IMG/VR virus record: IMGVR_UViG_3300034283_001962 | Span: 32,001 to 96,000 of that record | Length of the DNA: 64,000 nt | Reading direction: 5' to 3' (one strand) | Source: a virus | Part shown: positions 62,368 through 64,000 of the stretch, one piece after another | How the letters are laid out: each line of letters begins with the position of its first letter | How positions within the stretch are numbered: the first letter of the stretch is position 1 | Translations under genes and position numbers: made by a program | Notes under the pieces: generated by a model | Seen by the model: only the letters and a program-made list of their open reading frames with translations | What the model was told of the DNA's origin: nothing | The model's database searches: none

Positions 62368-64000
62368 TTATTTCCAAGTACCGCTAACTTTTATATTAGG
62401 CGTTGCGGTTTTCCACACACCCGATACTTTGATATGAACAGTTGCTTGCTTCCATACACCGCCCACCTTTAGCCATGCTAATGTGGTGGACGGTGGAGTT
62501 GATACGCTCTCAATCGGCACTTGTCCAATCTCAATCGTTGCACCATCATATAACCTCCTTGTTGCCATTTTATACTTCTCCTAAAATTAATGCACCTGTT
62601 ATTCCAAAATTTACTACTGTAACAGCACTAAAAGTTAAACAAGCATCAGGATGAATTTCACAAAGTGAATTAATTATGCAACCTGTACTAACTGCATCTA
62701 ATGGCATTGCACCTGTTGCACTTTCCAATGAAATCATTGCCAACGGTTTAAACATACACACCCCAAAGTTTCCTGCCGATCCTGTTGTTCCCGCAAGAGT
62801 TACTGACTCAATACTTCTAAATCCTTTATCTGATCCTTGTAAAGGAATAGGAATAAGGATACCTACTTCTCGATAAAACCCTCCACCGATTATTGTAGCA
62901 GTAGATATTCTACCACTCACGCCTGCTGAATTTGTGTAGCTTATTGTTACCGTTGTTTGTGTTGTGCCAATAATGCCATATACTACAATTCCTGCCATAA
63001 CTCCCTCACCCGATGTATATCTTGTTAATGCTGCGGTTGGAAGATTAGTTGTTTGAGGTGTTGTTAAAGTTCCATTCAGTCCTCCGCTAACATTTAACAA
63101 ATCAACAACCATCATTGATGCTGCACCATAATTTGTAGTGCTAATCCTTGCCCCTAACATTGTCAATCTACCTGTTGATACAGCAGGTATAGGGCCCATT
63201 GATTGAGCAGAATTTTTGTCTAATGCAACGCTTGTCGTTGGTGTAGCAGGAGCAGGGTTAAAGTATTGCCAACTTGCATTTGGTCTTAATATTCTTATTG
63301 TGCTGGTGCTAAAATCAGCGACCCTGTTTTCTTTTAGCTTGTCTACGTATTCGTCAAAGTCAGTTAGTGCCATATTATTTTTCTATTGTTGCTATTGAAC
63401 CGAATAATTCAGGTGCAGTTCCTGAACCAGGGATAAACATTAGTGCTAAACAAGCATTAGGGTCAATAACGGGTATGCCGGGCAATCCTGTTGTGTAATC
63501 TCTCCAACCCATTGTACCTGCTGCACCAACTGGAATCCATGCCAAAGGTTGTGCAATGGTTATACCAAAGTTGCCTGCCGTACCCGTAGTAGCCGTTAAT
63601 TGTATTTGCTCAATAGCTCGAATACCTGAATCACCTGCTGCTAAAGGTATGCGTTGCATACGGGTAGCCTCTCTAAAACCCGTTGCGCCTATATTGATTG
63701 TTGATGTTCTTGAACCCGTCCCTGCTTGATTTGTGTAGGTCATTGTAAGGGTTGTAGATGTTGTTCCTATTATTGTATAAATCTCATAAAACGCTATGTT
63801 TCCTGCACCGCCCGTATTACGGGTTAAAGCAGGAGTTGGAGTTGACCCTTGTATTGTTTGAGCAGATGTTGAAGTTCCTGATAATCCACCCTCGTGAAAT
63901 AACCTATCATAAAGTAAATACACGCCTGGGGTTATTGGTGTAATACTTGCCCCAATTAAGTGTTTATCTCTACCACCACCGGGAGCAGTAAAAGGTATTG
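62368..64000 (-). CDS. Probable virion/tail-associated proteins (62368-62568; 62570-63373; 63375->64000)
   Basis: Thr/Gly-rich beta proteins; the two larger ORFs are paralogous (TYTNxAG.xxR.ST, IPL.xxD.G.R.IE, GNFG). Confidence 0.55.

Noticed and set aside
1-64000. Alternative genetic code (TAG/TGA reassignment) as in some crAss-like phages
   Set aside because: Core genes are full length in the standard code and no suppressor tRNA was found

Overview
A 64-kb, AT-rich segment of a large Bacteroidota-infecting dsDNA phage, crAss-like/phi14:2-like by gene content, using the standard genetic code. The left arm (minus strand, 1-11.5 kb) holds the portal, large terminase, an HU-like gene and 25 tRNAs covering all 20 amino acids. 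The central arm (plus strand, 11.8-59.7 kb) holds early/accessory ORFs, a NARP1-like NAD+ module (Prs-like + macrodomain + an intron-containing, split NAMPT), a TROVE/vWA Ro60-like gene followed by an array of Y-RNA-like ncRNAs, an intron-containing tmRNA, PolB, DnaB, primase, UDG, a Ubl-E2-JAB-E1 cluster, class II RNR, RecA and dUTPase. The right end (minus strand) holds probable virion genes. Main discovery: the tRNAs form three operons, each preceded by a leader-peptide attenuator (short ORF, antiterminator and intrinsic terminator). Each leader has an 11-12 codon sensor block that uses exactly the amino acids of the tRNAs downstream (RHTWFTFTPQC; LLLSYYSSLSLL; IIVDNIGRANEK). This implies a ribosome-stalling sensor that induces phage tRNAs when the matching host tRNAs are depleted or cleaved. 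All calls come from reading the sequence by eye; no database searches were run.
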